DNA of 63,817 nt, counting the filler. It is 7 parts of 7 records of this genome, joined end to end, with 100 filler letters (N's around TTAATTAATTAA, not from the genome) between each part and the next. Parts side by side here need not be neighbours in the genome. Positions count along the whole stretch, not along the records: positions 18,040 to 29,223 come from SRR20825019_2969; positions 29,324 to 41,607 come from SRR20825019_2972; 5 more parts are not named here. One strand, given 5' to 3'. Made by a program: the position numbers and the translations under genes. Positions 29,182-40,100 of the stretch are shown one piece after another (position 1 is the stretch's first letter; each line of letters starts with the position of its first letter). The notes under the pieces are model-generated. The model made no database searches. It was not told where the DNA came from and was given only the letters and a program-made list of their open reading frames with translations.

Positions 29182-29223
29182 TCAGTTCTTGGCGTAGAAT
29201 TCGACCACGAGGTTCGGTTCCAT
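29182..29223 (-). CDS. rpsD: 30S ribosomal protein S4, C-terminal fragment
   Basis: Reverse complement translates MEPNLVVEFYAKN*. Confidence 0.85.
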   Translation of the reverse strand: MEPNLVVEFYAKN

Positions 29224-29323
29224 NNNNNNNNNNNNNNNNNNNNNNNNNNNNNNNNNNNNNNNNNNNNTTAATTAATTAANNNNNNNNNNNNNNNNNNNNN
29301 NNNNNNNNNNNNNNNNNNNNNNN
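29224..29323. other. Artificial contig spacer
   Basis: N run with TTAATTAATTAA. Confidence 0.98.
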
Positions 29324-29528
29324 GAAGAACGACAACATCGTCTATATCGGCGATCTCGTTCAGAAGACCGAGCCGGAAATGCTCCGCACGCCGAACTTCG
29401 GCCGGAAGAGCCTGAACGAGATCAAGGAAGTGCTTGGTCAGATGGGCCTGGCGCTGGGCATGGATATCCCGAACTGGCCGCCGGACAACATTGAAGAGCT
29501 CGCCAAGCGGCTCGAAGAGCCGTTCTGA
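29324..29528 (+). CDS. rpoA: RNA polymerase alpha subunit, C-terminal fragment
   Basis: [37 protein letters not shown]...[18 protein letters not shown]. Confidence 0.95.
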
Positions 29529-29597
29529 TCGGCTGAGCGCAATTGAATACTGTTTGTGCCGTGAGGCGCTGACGAATACGAAACTGGAGTTTTCGCG

Positions 29598-30038
29598 ATG
29601 CGACATCGTTTTAAGGGCCGGCGTTTCAACCGGTCGTCGAGCCACCGCAAAGCCATGTTCAAGAACATGGCCAACGCACTGATCAAGCATGAGCAGATCA
29701 TCACCACCCTGCCGAAGGCGAAAGACCTGCGCAGCGTTGTTGAGAAGCTGATCACCCTCGGCAAGCGCCAGGACCTCCATGCCCGCCGTCAGGCGACGTC
29801 TGCTCTGCAGGACCCGATCATGGTCCGCAAGCTGTTTGACGTCCTGGCCGAGCGCTACAAGGAACGTCAGGGCGGTTACACCCGTGTCCTCAAGGCCGGC
29901 TTCCGCTACGGCGACAGCGCCCCGATGGCCGTGATCGAACTGGTTGATCGTGACGAAGATGCCCGGGGCCAGGATTCCGGTCCGGTGCAGATCGAGGAAG
30001 AAGAAGCACTCGAGGGTGCGATGCCGGCCGCGATCTGA
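29598..30038 (+). CDS. rplQ: 50S ribosomal protein L17
   Basis: MRHR...[10 protein letters not shown]...TTLPKAK...[13 protein letters not shown]. Confidence 0.97.
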   Translation: MRHRFKGRRFNRSSSHRKAMFKNMANALIKHEQIITTLPKAKDLRSVVEKLITLGKRQDLHARRQATSALQDPIMVRKLFDVLAERYKERQGGYTRVLKAGFRYGDSAPMAVIELVDRDEDARGQDSGPVQIEEEEALEGAMPAAI

Positions 30039-30063
30039 TCGCGCCTGTCGCTCCAGGAATATG

Positions 30064-30093
30064 AAAGGCGGCCTTCGGGCCGCCTTTTCTTTT
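30064..30093 (+). terminator. Intrinsic terminator of the rpoA-rplQ operon
   Basis: AAAGGCGGCC-TTCG-GGCCGCCTTTTCTTTT. Confidence 0.9.
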
Positions 30094-30160
30094 GTCTGAT
30101 CTCTCTCTGATTTACCGGCTGACGCTAAATGCCGGCCCAAATGAATGACGGGCGGGGCGA

Positions 30161-31282
30161 TTATGCGCCGTCTTGCGTGCTCAGCCGTGCCGCGATCTCC
30201 CAGATCTCGGGCTCGTCCGGCCATTCGGCGACAAGGGCCGTGAGCTCCTGGCAGAGCAGATCGGCATGCGCTTCTTCGTCGAGCGCGTCCGCGGTCAGCA
30301 GCAGGTTGGTGCAGGCCTTGGCATGCAGCAGGGCCATGTTGCTGTTCGCAGGCTCCGCTGCCGATGCGGCGAGAATGTCGTCATAGATGTGACGCGCTTT
30401 CCCAATGGCGCCATCCCGGCAGAAATCGGTCATCAGGTTAAAGGCCGCGTGCATGGTCTTCTGGCGCATCTGTATACTTGCCGCCGCGCGTTGCCTCAGA
30501 TCCATATAGATGGTTTCCGCTGCGGCCAGCATTTCCCTGTCGCCAAACAGGGTGATCAGGGCAAAGCCTGCATCGGCCAGCACATCCTGCAGGTCGGCGG
30601 ATGGAGGCCGGTTATCCGTAAAGGAGGCCAGATCGAAATAAAGCTCGATGGCTTTGCTGGATGCGCCGGTCTGGGCCAGATGCGCCGCTAGGTTGAAGCT
30701 GCCGGTTGCCCGGTGATGGATCGTGTCGGGCTGGCTGTTCGGTACTTCGGCCAGGGCGCAGAGAGAGCGGTGCAGATGCTGCGCCTCCCGGGTCCGACCC
30801 TGGTCGCAATGGGTGGCGATCCGGTTGGCGATGGCTTTGGCCAGGGTGGACCGCAATTGCCGGTCCGTCGGGTGGCGGGCAGCTATGGCCCGGATCTCCT
30901 CGAAGGTGGCATCCGCCTCGGCGCTTTTGCCATGGCGCGCATATTCAAGGCACAGGGTCACCGACAATTCGCAATAGCCCCGCCGCATGCCTGGGTCGTC
31001 CGGGTATCTGGAGGCATAGCGATCAAGATGGGTTCGAACGTCATGGATGGCGCTCAATTCGCTGCGCCGGGCGTGGCACGCGGCAAGCCTGAGAGCGCCG
31101 CAAATCAGGCGGTCCCTTATGTCGGCGGAATTGGCGTGATCGCAGGCCAGGGCATAGAGGGAATCGTAACAGGAGCGCGCGCGTTTGATCTCGCCATCGC
31201 TGTCACCGAGGGAGCTGATCGCATCGGCCAGCTCTCCGGCTCTGGAAATCGTGGCTTTCCCGGCGTTTTGGGCGCCTGGCAT
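30161..31282 (-). CDS. Hypothetical alpha-helical repeat (TPR-like) protein
   Basis: Fills the rplQ-degQ gap; ~44-aa repeats; GGAGAGG before the ATG at 31282 (start uncertain). Confidence 0.7.
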   Translation of the reverse strand: MPGAQNAGKATISRAGELADAISSLGDSDGEIKRARSCYDSLYALACDHANSADIRDRLICGALRLAACHARRSELSAIHDVRTHLDRYASRYPDDPGMRRGYCELSVTLCLEYARHGKSAEADATFEEIRAIAARHPTDRQLRSTLAKAIANRIATHCDQGRTREAQHLHRSLCALAEVPNSQPDTIHHRATGSFNLAAHLAQTGASSKAIELYFDLASFTDNRPPSADLQDVLADAGFALITLFGDREMLAAAETIYMDLRQRAAASIQMRQKTMHAAFNLMTDFCRDGAIGKARHIYDDILAASAAEPANSNMALLHAKACTNLLLTADALDEEAHADLLCQELTALVAEWPDEPEIWEIAARLSTQDGA

Positions 31283-31393
31283 TGACCTCTCCATTCCCGG
31301 TCCGGTGTTGCCGGTGCGTCCCTTTTGCCCCATGCGCCGACAACCCATATAGGATAGCCTACCCGTGACTGAATTTTGTGACAACCAACGGAA

Positions 31394-32878
31394 ATGCAAC
31401 AGATGAGCCGCGCTGATTCTCCTCGGTTTTTTGCCTCTCAGGCCCGTTTCGTACTTCGGTATACGGCGTTGACGGCGTGTCTTGGGGCGTTTCTTCTGGC
31501 ATTTTCCGGGCCGGGTCCGGCGGCGGCGCAAACCAGCAAACAGGTCCCGGAGACGCGGGCGGAGATCCAGTATTCCTTCGCCCCCCTCGTGCGCAAGGTC
31601 GGGCCTGCCGTGGTGAATATCTATGCCCGGGCGGAAGTCACCGAGCGCCGGGCGTCACCATTGTTCGACGATCCCTTCTTCCGACGTTTCTTCGGCGATG
31701 TGTTCCCGGGCGAAGCCCGCAAGCGTACGGCGCAATCGCTCGGCTCGGGCGTCATCCTGCGCGAGGACGGGTTGGTCGTGACCAACTTCCACGTCATCAA
31801 GGGCGCGGACGAGATCACCGTGGTGCTGTCCGACCGGCGCGAGTTCGATGCCACCATCCTGCTTCAGGAAGAGCGCACCGATCTGGCCGTGCTGAAGATC
31901 GACACGGGCGGTGAGAAACTGCCGCATCTTGAAATCCGCGACAGCGACGAGCTGGAAGTGGGCGATCTCGTGCTGGCCATTGGCAACCCGTTCGGTGTTG
32001 GCCAGACGGTGACCAGCGGGATTGTCTCGGCTCTGGCACGGACCGCGCTCGGTATCACCGATTACAGTTTCTTCATCCAGACCGATGCAGCCATCAATCC
32101 GGGCAATTCCGGAGGCGCGCTGATTTCCATGGATGGCCGTCTGGTCGGCGTGAATACGGCGATCTTTAGTAACCAGAAAGGCGGTGGCGGGTCCGTCGGG
32201 ATCGGTTTCGCCGTGCCGTCGAACATGGTTCGGACCATTCTGGACGGGGTGGAGAAGGGCAATGTGGTGCGGCCCTGGATCGGTGTGTCCGGCCAGACCA
32301 TGACCTCCGATCTGGCGGAACAGTTCGGCTTGCCGCGGCCGATTGGAGTTGCCGTCACCGACGTCTATCCGGACGGACCTGCAGCCAATGCCGGTATCCG
32401 TGTCGGCGATGTCATTCTGAAAGTGAGCGGCAGGGAGATCGTGGACGAGCAGGCCCTGCGGTATCGCGTGGCGACCCGTCCGCTCGGTGGCGCGGCAAAG
32501 ATCGAAATTCTTCGGAGTGGCGCGCATCAGGTTGTCGAGGTGCCGATGAAGGCACCGCTCACCCAGCCCGAACCGGACCTGCGGGACATGCGTGGCCAGC
32601 ATCCGATGTCCGGGGCCCAGGTGGCGAACCTGTCGCCGGCCTTTGCCCTTGAGCATGGGCTCGACGATATGGCGCGGGGCGTTGTGGTCCTGAAGGTGGC
32701 GCGGCAATCGCCCGCGGCCCGTGTCGGGCTCCGCCCGGGGGATGTCGTGCTGAAGATCAACGACGACACAATCGATCTGGTCTCGAGCCTTGAGCCGGCC
32801 CTGATGTCAGCCAACAACGCCTGGCGGATTTCGATCCGCCGCGAGGGGCAGGTGCTGACCACGGAAATCAAGGGCTGA
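31394..32878 (+). CDS. degQ: DegQ/HtrA serine endoprotease with two PDZ domains
   Basis: GSGVI, TNFHVI, DLAVLKI, QTDAAINPGNSGG. Confidence 0.93.
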   Translation: MQQMSRADSPRFFASQARFVLRYTALTACLGAFLLAFSGPGPAAAQTSKQVPETRAEIQYSFAPLVRKVGPAVVNIYARAEVTERRASPLFDDPFFRRFFGDVFPGEARKRTAQSLGSGVILREDGLVVTNFHVIKGADEITVVLSDRREFDATILLQEERTDLAVLKIDTGGEKLPHLEIRDSDELEVGDLVLAIGNPFGVGQTVTSGIVSALARTALGITDYSFFIQTDAAINPGNSGGALISMDGRLVGVNTAIFSNQKGGGGSVGIGFAVPSNMVRTILDGVEKGNVVRPWIGVSGQTMTSDLAEQFGLPRPIGVAVTDVYPDGPAANAGIRVGDVILKVSGREIVDEQALRYRVATRPLGGAAKIEILRSGAHQVVEVPMKAPLTQPEPDLRDMRGQHPMSGAQVANLSPAFALEHGLDDMARGVVVLKVARQSPAARVGLRPGDVVLKINDDTIDLVSSLEPALMSANNAWRISIRREGQVLTTEIKG

Positions 32879-32881
32879 CCG

Positions 32882-34192
32882 GTGGCCAGTCTGTTTGAAG
32901 CCGACGCGCCGAGACCGCTGGCGGACCGGCTCCGCCCGAAGGCGCTGACCGAAGTAGTCGGGCAGGATCACCTGCTTGGCCCGGAGGCGCCGCTCGGCCG
33001 TATGCTGTCGCGGCAGCGGGTCGCCTCGATCCTGCTCTGGGGCCCGCCCGGCTGCGGCAAGACCACCATCGCCCGCTTGCTGGCGGATGGCACGGACATG
33101 GAGTTCGAGCCGCTCTCCGCCGTGTTCTCCGGCGTTGCCGATCTGCGCAAGGTTTTCGAGAAGGCGAAGGAGCGGCGGCAGATGGGGCGCGGCACGCTGC
33201 TCTTCATCGACGAGATCCACCGTTTCAACAGGGCCCAGCAGGACGGCTTCCTGCCTTACGTGGAGGACGGCACGGTCGTGCTGGTCGGCGCGACGACGGA
33301 GAACCCGTCCTTCGAGCTGAATGCCGCGCTGCTTTCCCGCTGTCAGGTGCTGGTGCTGCGGCGGCTGGACGATACGGCGCTGGACCTGCTGTTGAGCCGG
33401 GCGGAGGAGATCGAGGGCCGCTCCCTGCCGCTGACCCCGGACGGCCGCGAGGCGCTGAAGGCGATGGCGGACGGCGACGGGCGCTATCTGCTCAATCTGG
33501 CCGAAGAGATATTCCTGCTGCCGCCGGAGCCGCTGCTGGACGGGGCCGGGCTGGCCAAGACGGTGCAGCACCGGGCGCCGGTCTACGACAAGAACCGGGA
33601 AGAGCATTACAACCTGATCAGCGCCCTGCATAAATCCCTGCGCGGCTCGGACGCGGATGCGGCGCTCTATTGGCTGTCGCGCATGCTGGTCGGCGGGGAA
33701 GACGCGGGCTACATCATGCGCCGGCTGACCCGGTTCGCGTCGGAGGATATCGGCATGGCCGATCCGGGCGCGTTGCCCCAGGCTCTGGCCTGCTGGGATG
33801 CCTATGAGCGGATCGGCTCCCCTGAGGGCGATCTGATGCTGGCGCAATGCGTGATCTATCTCGCCACCGCGCCGAAATCGAACGCCGCCTACAAGGCCAG
33901 CAAGGCGGCGGCGCGGGCAGCGAAAACGACCGGCTCTCTGGCACCGCCCGCGCATATCCTGAACGCGCCGACGAATCTGATGAAGGATCTCGGCTACGGC
34001 AAGGGCTATGCCTACGATCATGACGCGCCGGACGGTTTCAGCGGCGCGGACTACTTCCCCGAAGACATGCGCCGGGAGCAGTTCTACCGTCCGGTCGAGC
34101 GCGGTTTCGAGCGGGAGATCCAGAAGCGGCTCGCTTATTGGGACAAGCTGCGCCGCCAGCGCGCGGCCGGTGGTCCGGACGGTGACGGCTGA
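32882..34192 (+). CDS. rarA: Replication-associated recombination protein A
   Basis: PLADRLRP, GPPGCGKTT, FIDEIHRFN, ISALHKSLRGSD, ASEDIG. Confidence 0.95.
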   Translation: MASLFEADAPRPLADRLRPKALTEVVGQDHLLGPEAPLGRMLSRQRVASILLWGPPGCGKTTIARLLADGTDMEFEPLSAVFSGVADLRKVFEKAKERRQMGRGTLLFIDEIHRFNRAQQDGFLPYVEDGTVVLVGATTENPSFELNAALLSRCQVLVLRRLDDTALDLLLSRAEEIEGRSLPLTPDGREALKAMADGDGRYLLNLAEEIFLLPPEPLLDGAGLAKTVQHRAPVYDKNREEHYNLISALHKSLRGSDADAALYWLSRMLVGGEDAGYIMRRLTRFASEDIGMADPGALPQALACWDAYERIGSPEGDLMLAQCVIYLATAPKSNAAYKASKAAARAAKTTGSLAPPAHILNAPTNLMKDLGYGKGYAYDHDAPDGFSGADYFPEDMRREQFYRPVERGFEREIQKRLAYWDKLRRQRAAGGPDGDG

Positions 34193-35063
34193 TCCCGGCT
34201 TCGATCTTTTCCTCGGCATCGACTGGTCCGGGGCAAAGGGCGCGCGCACCAAAGGCATTCAGGTTGCCGCCGCCGAACCCGATGCGGCGCTGCCCCGCCT
34301 GATCGCCAATCCCTACCGCCCGCATGGCATCTGGTCCCGGCCCGACGTGCTGGCCTACCTGATCGCCAGAATGGATGAAGGCCGCCGCGTACTGGCCGGT
34401 TTCGACTTTGCCTTTTGCTATGCCTTTGAGGATGAGGGCGCCTATTTCCCCGGCCTGCCGGACGCTCCACGCTCTCCGGAAGCCGTCTGGGCGCTTGTGG
34501 AGCTGGCGGGGCAGTGTGACCCCGATTTATACGGTGCGGCCCTCTACAGGCGCCCGGACTTGCCTTACAGGGATTATTTCATGGCGCCGGGCTGGCGCGG
34601 CGCGAAATATCGCTACCGACAACGCTTGGCGGAACAGGCAGCGGCTTCCGTCACCACGCCGCATCCGGTCTTCAAATGCATCGGCGCGGCCAATGTCGGC
34701 ACCGGCTCGCTTGCCGGGATGCGTTTGCTGCACAGGCTGCGCGGGCTGAACCGGGATATCCGCCTCTGGCCGTTCGATCCGGAGCCGGGTGGGGCGCTGA
34801 CCGTCGTCGAGATCTTTCCCCGGCTTTACTACAAGCTGGCCGGTGGCGATCCCCGGGCCTGGGGCGACCGGGACAATCTCGATGCCGTCTGCCGTCATTT
34901 TGGCGGGACAGACGGGAAAATTCCGGAGATCCGGACCGAAGACGAGGCGGATGCTCTGATATCGGCGGCTGCATTGAGGGTGTTGCAGGCGGATCCCGCG
35001 CTGTGGCAACAGGCACGCAGGGCTGGTGCCGCCAAGGAAGGCTGGATATTCGGCGCGGCTTAG
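34182..35063 (+). CDS. DUF429-like predicted RNase H-fold nuclease
   Basis: FLGIDWSGA, LAGFDFAF, VVEIFP, DEADALISA; GTG start overlapping the end of rarA. Confidence 0.65.
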   Translation: MTADPGFDLFLGIDWSGAKGARTKGIQVAAAEPDAALPRLIANPYRPHGIWSRPDVLAYLIARMDEGRRVLAGFDFAFCYAFEDEGAYFPGLPDAPRSPEAVWALVELAGQCDPDLYGAALYRRPDLPYRDYFMAPGWRGAKYRYRQRLAEQAAASVTTPHPVFKCIGAANVGTGSLAGMRLLHRLRGLNRDIRLWPFDPEPGGALTVVEIFPRLYYKLAGGDPRAWGDRDNLDAVCRHFGGTDGKIPEIRTEDEADALISAAALRVLQADPALWQQARRAGAAKEGWIFGAA

Positions 35064-35077
35064 GCTAGCAAGCGCTG

Positions 35078-35458
35078 ATGAAACTGCTCCTTGCCATCGC
35101 GTGCGGTGGCGCGCTTGGCGCGCTCGCCCGTCATAAAGTCGGTTCCGTTGCCATGCATCTGTTTGGCGGCGGGTTTCCCTATGGCACCATCATTGTGAAC
35201 ATCGTGGGCTCCTTTCTGCTCGGCCTGCTGGCCGGCGGGCTGGCCTTCAAGTTCAGTCTGCCGCTGGAAGCACGGGCTTTCCTGATGGTCGGCTTTTGCG
35301 GTGCCTTCACCACTTTCTCCGCCTTCGCCCTCGACTTCGCAACCCTGACGGAGCGCGGCAATCTGATGCTCGCAGGCGTCTATGTCGCGTTGTCGGTGGC
35401 GGGTGCCATTCTTGCCATGTTCGGCGGTCTCGCCGTGATGAGAGGACTCTTCGCATGA
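35078..35458 (+). CDS. crcB: Fluoride channel Fluc
   Basis: GGALGALAR, FPYGT..VNIVGSF, GFCGAFTTFS. Confidence 0.95.
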   Translation: MKLLLAIACGGALGALARHKVGSVAMHLFGGGFPYGTIIVNIVGSFLLGLLAGGLAFKFSLPLEARAFLMVGFCGAFTTFSAFALDFATLTERGNLMLAGVYVALSVAGAILAMFGGLAVMRGLFA

Positions 35459-36453
35459 GCGGGGTTCAGACGGTTCAGGTTAAGGACGACGATGCGGATA
35501 TGCGCGTCGATCGTTGGTTCAAGAAATATTATCCGGGCCTCGGTCATGGCCGGCTGGAGAAGCTGCTGCGAACAGGACAGGTCCGGGTCGACGGCAAGCG
35601 GGTGAAGGCGAACCAGCGCCTCGAAGCGGGCCAGTATCTGCGTCTGCCGCCGCTCGGCGACAAGGAAACCAGCCCGCCGACTGCTGACAGCCGCCCCGGC
35701 AAGGAGTCCCGGATCGACGAGGCCCTGCTGGAAGAGATGCGCGAGCGGGTGCTGTTCATGGATGACGAGGTGATCGTGCTGGACAAGCCGGCCGGCATCG
35801 CCACCCAGGGCGGCACCGGACAGAAGGTGCATGTCGACGGCATGCTGGACGGCTTGCGCTTTGGCCGCTCCGAACGGCCGAAACTGGTGCACCGGCTCGA
35901 CAAGGATACCTCCGGCATCCTGCTGATCGCCCGCTCCACCAAGGCGGCCCGCTGGCTGACGGCGGCGTTTCGGGAGAAAACCACGCGCAAGATCTACTGG
36001 GCGCTGGTGCTTGGCGAGGTGAAGCCGAGGGTGGCCCGGATCGATATTCCCATCTCCAAGCTGCCCGGCAAGGCCGGCGAGAAGATGGCGGTTGATTACG
36101 AGGCGGGTCAAAAGTCCCTGACGGACTACGAGGTGGTCGAGCAGCTCGGCAAGCGTGTCGCCTGGGTGGCGCTCAGCCCGATCACGGGCCGGACCCACCA
36201 GCTTCGTGTTCACATGATGGAGCGGCGGGCGCCGATCCTCGGTGACGGCAAGTATGGCGGCCCGGAAGCCTTCCTGGTGGCAGAGGGCCTGTCCCGCAAG
36301 CTGCACCTGCATGCCCGCGAGGTCGAGGTTCAGCGGCCGAATGGCACCGTGCTCAAGGTCACCGCACCCTTGCCGGACCATATGCTGAAAGCATGGGATT
36401 TCTTTGGCTTCGATCCGAAAGGCGGCGCGGACGCCCTGCGCGAGGACGCCTGA
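35455..36453 (+). CDS. rluC: RluA/RluC-family pseudouridine synthase with S4 domain
   Basis: DKPAG, VHRLDKDTSG, TGRTHQLRVH, LHLHA. Confidence 0.9.
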   Translation: MSGVQTVQVKDDDADMRVDRWFKKYYPGLGHGRLEKLLRTGQVRVDGKRVKANQRLEAGQYLRLPPLGDKETSPPTADSRPGKESRIDEALLEEMRERVLFMDDEVIVLDKPAGIATQGGTGQKVHVDGMLDGLRFGRSERPKLVHRLDKDTSGILLIARSTKAARWLTAAFREKTTRKIYWALVLGEVKPRVARIDIPISKLPGKAGEKMAVDYEAGQKSLTDYEVVEQLGKRVAWVALSPITGRTHQLRVHMMERRAPILGDGKYGGPEAFLVAEGLSRKLHLHAREVEVQRPNGTVLKVTAPLPDHMLKAWDFFGFDPKGGADALREDA

Positions 36454-37146
36454 ATGCGGTCATTTGACCCATCGTCCGACCCGTTGCGGCTGGTCGTTTT
36501 CGATATGGACGGTACCCTTATCGACAGCCAGCACCATATTATTGCCTCAATGACCCGGTCTTTTGAGAGGAACGGTTTTGCCGCTCCGGACCCCGCCTCT
36601 GTCCGGGCCGGTGTCGGGTTGCCGCTGGAGGTGATCATCGGCTCTCTGCTGCCGGATATTTCACCGGAGCAGTGCGCGCGGCTGGTGCAGGATTACCGCG
36701 GCGACCATCGTGCCAGACTGGATCGCGGAGAACGGCACGAACCCTTGATGCCTGGCGCCCGGGAAGTGGTCGAGCGGCTCGATGCGGCGGGGTATCTGAT
36801 TGCGCTTGCGACGGGCAAGGGAACCAGAGGCGCCCGTCACGCGTTAGAGGTACATGGACTGATAGATCGTTTCGTCAGCATTCAGACCTCGGACACGGCA
36901 CCGGGCAAACCGCACCCCGGCATGCTGACCCAGGCAATGAATGAGGCAGGTGTTGAGGCATCCGCCACAATCATGGTTGGCGATACGGTGTACGATCTGC
37001 AAACGGCGCGGAATGCGTCGGTGGCCTCGGTCGCTGTGACCTGGGGCTATCATGATCGTGCGGACCTTGTGTCCTTTGGTCCCGGTGCGGTGATTGATCA
37101 TTTCGATGATCTGGATGCGGAGGTCGAGCGGCTTCTGGCATCCTGA
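36454..37146 (+). CDS. HAD-IA family hydrolase
   Basis: FDMDGTLID, KPHPGML, MVGDT. Confidence 0.9.
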   Translation: MRSFDPSSDPLRLVVFDMDGTLIDSQHHIIASMTRSFERNGFAAPDPASVRAGVGLPLEVIIGSLLPDISPEQCARLVQDYRGDHRARLDRGERHEPLMPGAREVVERLDAAGYLIALATGKGTRGARHALEVHGLIDRFVSIQTSDTAPGKPHPGMLTQAMNEAGVEASATIMVGDTVYDLQTARNASVASVAVTWGYHDRADLVSFGPGAVIDHFDDLDAEVERLLAS

Positions 37147-37160
37147 TAGGAGCGGCATAC

Positions 37161-40100
37161 ATGCGCATTCTGAAGATTACCCTGCTGTCCCTTCTGGGGT
37201 TGGTTGTCGTCCTCGCGGGCGGCGTGACGATCTACCTGGCATCCCTCGACGAGGAGGATGTGAAGCAGATCGTCGCGGAGCAGGTTCAGAAAGCCACGGG
37301 CCGTTCCCTGACCATTTCCGGACCGCTGAGCTATGAGCTGTCCTGGAACCCCAAAATCCGGGTTGAGGATGTCCGTTTCCAGAATGCCCCCTGGGCCGGT
37401 GACGAGGATATGGCCTCTGTCGGAGCCATGGAGCTGCATCTGGACCTCGACCGGGTGTTCGACGGTGTTGTGATCGTCGAGAGCCTGTTCCTCGAACATG
37501 CAAAACTTAACATACAACGGGAAGCCGACGGCCGGGCGAACTGGCTGTTTGCCGCCGATGAGGCGGGCGACGACAAGGACGATGAGGCCGATCTTTCCGG
37601 CCCAGGTGTTTTTCCTGTCATCGAAAGCGTTACCCTGATCGACGTCGATGTGGCCTACAGCGACAAGCTGCTGGGCCAGCAGCATCGCGTCATCGTCGAT
37701 TCAATCGATCTCGACGCACCGGATTTCAATAATCCGGTCGAGGCAACCGTGAAAATGTCCGTCGATGGAAAGCGCATCGATATCGCGGGCACTCTTCCGC
37801 CTGCCGTCGCGCTCGGCGATGCTTCTGCCCCGCAGCCTTTTGACATCACCGGCGAGGCCATGGGACAGCCATTCCGCGTTGCCGGTAAATTGCTGTTTGC
37901 CTACGAGGACGGTGTTCCGGCGAATATCGCCGTGCAGGGGCTCGAAGCCCGGCTGTTCTCGTCCGATATCTCGGGCGACCTGAAACTCGATACCGGTGGC
38001 AGCGTTCCGAGTCTGGCCGGAACGCTGAAGTCGAACCTGATTGACCTGCGCCCGCTCGAAGATCTGGCCGGTCCGGCCAAAGGTACGAAGAGCGCCGCAA
38101 GCAGCAACAAGGACAAGGACGGTATCCGGGACATCCTCGATGACCGTATCCCGACCGACTGGCTGGATGAGGCGATCGTCGATCTGTCCGTGAACGTGAA
38201 GCAGTTGAAGTCGCACGCGGCGGAAGCCTCGGACATTGCCCTGACCGTGACGATGAAGGACGGAAAGCTGGCGGTCTCGCCGTTCTGGGCCGTCTATGCG
38301 GGCTCACCGATCAAACTGCAGGCTAATGTGGAACGTGATGGCCGTAATCTCGTGGTTGCAGCCGATCTTTCCATCAAGGGAGCCGATTTCGACCGGCTTG
38401 CCGGTACTGCTGTCGATACGTCGGGCCTTGAGGCCGGCGGGGATCTGAGCCTTGTCGTGAATACGTCGGGCAAGACCGTTGGCGAGCTGATGGCAGGCGC
38501 CACCATCAATGGCAAGGCGGCGCTGCCTCTGGTGCGCTACAACGATCCGGCCGGTCCGGACGCGGGACGGGATGTGGCCATCTCCAAGCTCGACATCCAG
38601 ATCGACGCCAAGGGAACCGACCCGGAAGCCGTCCTGAAGCTGGTCGAGAATGTCGGCGATATCGGCCTCGACACACCGCTCAAAAACATCGTTCTGAAAG
38701 GCATTTCCGGCGAAGCCCATATCCGTGCCGCCGAAGTTTCCACGGCGCAGGACAAGGTCCGGGATCTGGATGTCTCGGTCAGCCTGCAGGATGAGGTACT
38801 GTCGCTGTCCATTCCTGAGATGATGCTGGCGAAGGCGAAACTGTCGGCTTCGGCGAAAGTGGAGCCATCCGGTATGCGGACCAGAGTTTCCTCGCGTGTG
38901 CTCTGGAAAGGTGTCGATCTTGGCGTCGTGGCGGATCGTCTCGGCGTTGATGGCAAGGCGTCCGGGCGGGCCGATATCGACATCGACCTGGCCGGTCAGG
39001 GGCGAACAATCGCCGCGATGTTGTCCTCCATCGATGGCACATTCGGCGTTGAAATGAGCAAGGTGCGCTATCTTGCAAACTCAGCCGGGCCGGACGAGCG
39101 TGTCGAAATTGACAGCCTTTCCCTGAAAACGGATGCCATGTCGAAGCCGATCGCCGGGAAGATCGCCGGGCGCTTCGGCAATCAGGAAATCGACATTGCC
39201 GGGCAGTTTCCGTCCATCAAGGCGCTGGTCGAACAGGAACAGGCCCTGCCTTTCGACTTCAATGGCGTGGCAGCAGGTGAAAAGGTTGCCATCAAGGGGC
39301 AACTGACCCTGGTACAGGCCAACGATACATTCACCAGCTTCAAGCTTTCCAATCTGGATGCCAGGGTCGGCAAGTCGGATCTCACCGGTTCAATCAAACT
39401 GAGCATGGAAGGCGACCGGCCGAAGGGCTCCATAGACCTGGCCAGCACCTTCCTTGATCTTCAGCCCTATCTTGATGACGGGGAGGCCGACGCACCGGCT
39501 GATCCGGCCAGCAAGGTCAAGCAGGATGCGCCGTCCGACGAGGCGCTGGACAAGCCGTTTCCGACCGAAGTGCTGGGTGAGGTGGATGGAACCATCAAGC
39601 TCACGGCGGGTGAGCTGCGTCTGCCCGGACTGGTCGTTACCGACCTGAACCTGCACGCTGCCCTGCAGGACAGGGTGCTTTCCATCTATCCTTCCGAAGG
39701 TGTTTTCAACGAAGGCCTTGTCAAACTGGAAGCAAAGGTCGACGGCAGCAAGGCACCGATGACGGATTTCTCCATCGACAGCACCTGGACCGGAGCGCAT
39801 TTCGGCAATGTGCTGCGGGAATATTTCGAGACGGATGTCTTCCGCGGTTACGGGAACACCTCGGCCAAGCTGACGGCGAGCGGCCGTACACCCCGTGAGG
39901 CGATGGACACGGTGAACGGCCATGTCGCGCTGTATCTGAAAGACGGCACGGTCTCGAATACCTACTGGGAGCTGATCGCGGCCGATCTGGTGACCAGCCT
40001 GTTGCCGTCCATCGGCAAGAAGGCGGAGAAGGAATCGAAGCTGAACTGCATGGCCACCCGGTTCGATATTACCGAGGGCATGGCTAAATCCACGGTCTTC

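Noticed and set aside
29182-29528. rpsD next to rpoA-rplQ as an alpha operon
   Set aside because: They are on opposite strands and on different contigs separated by a spacer; the adjacency is accidental.
35040-35078. Fluoride riboswitch upstream of crcB
   Set aside because: Only 14 nt of intergenic space and no recognisable riboswitch core.
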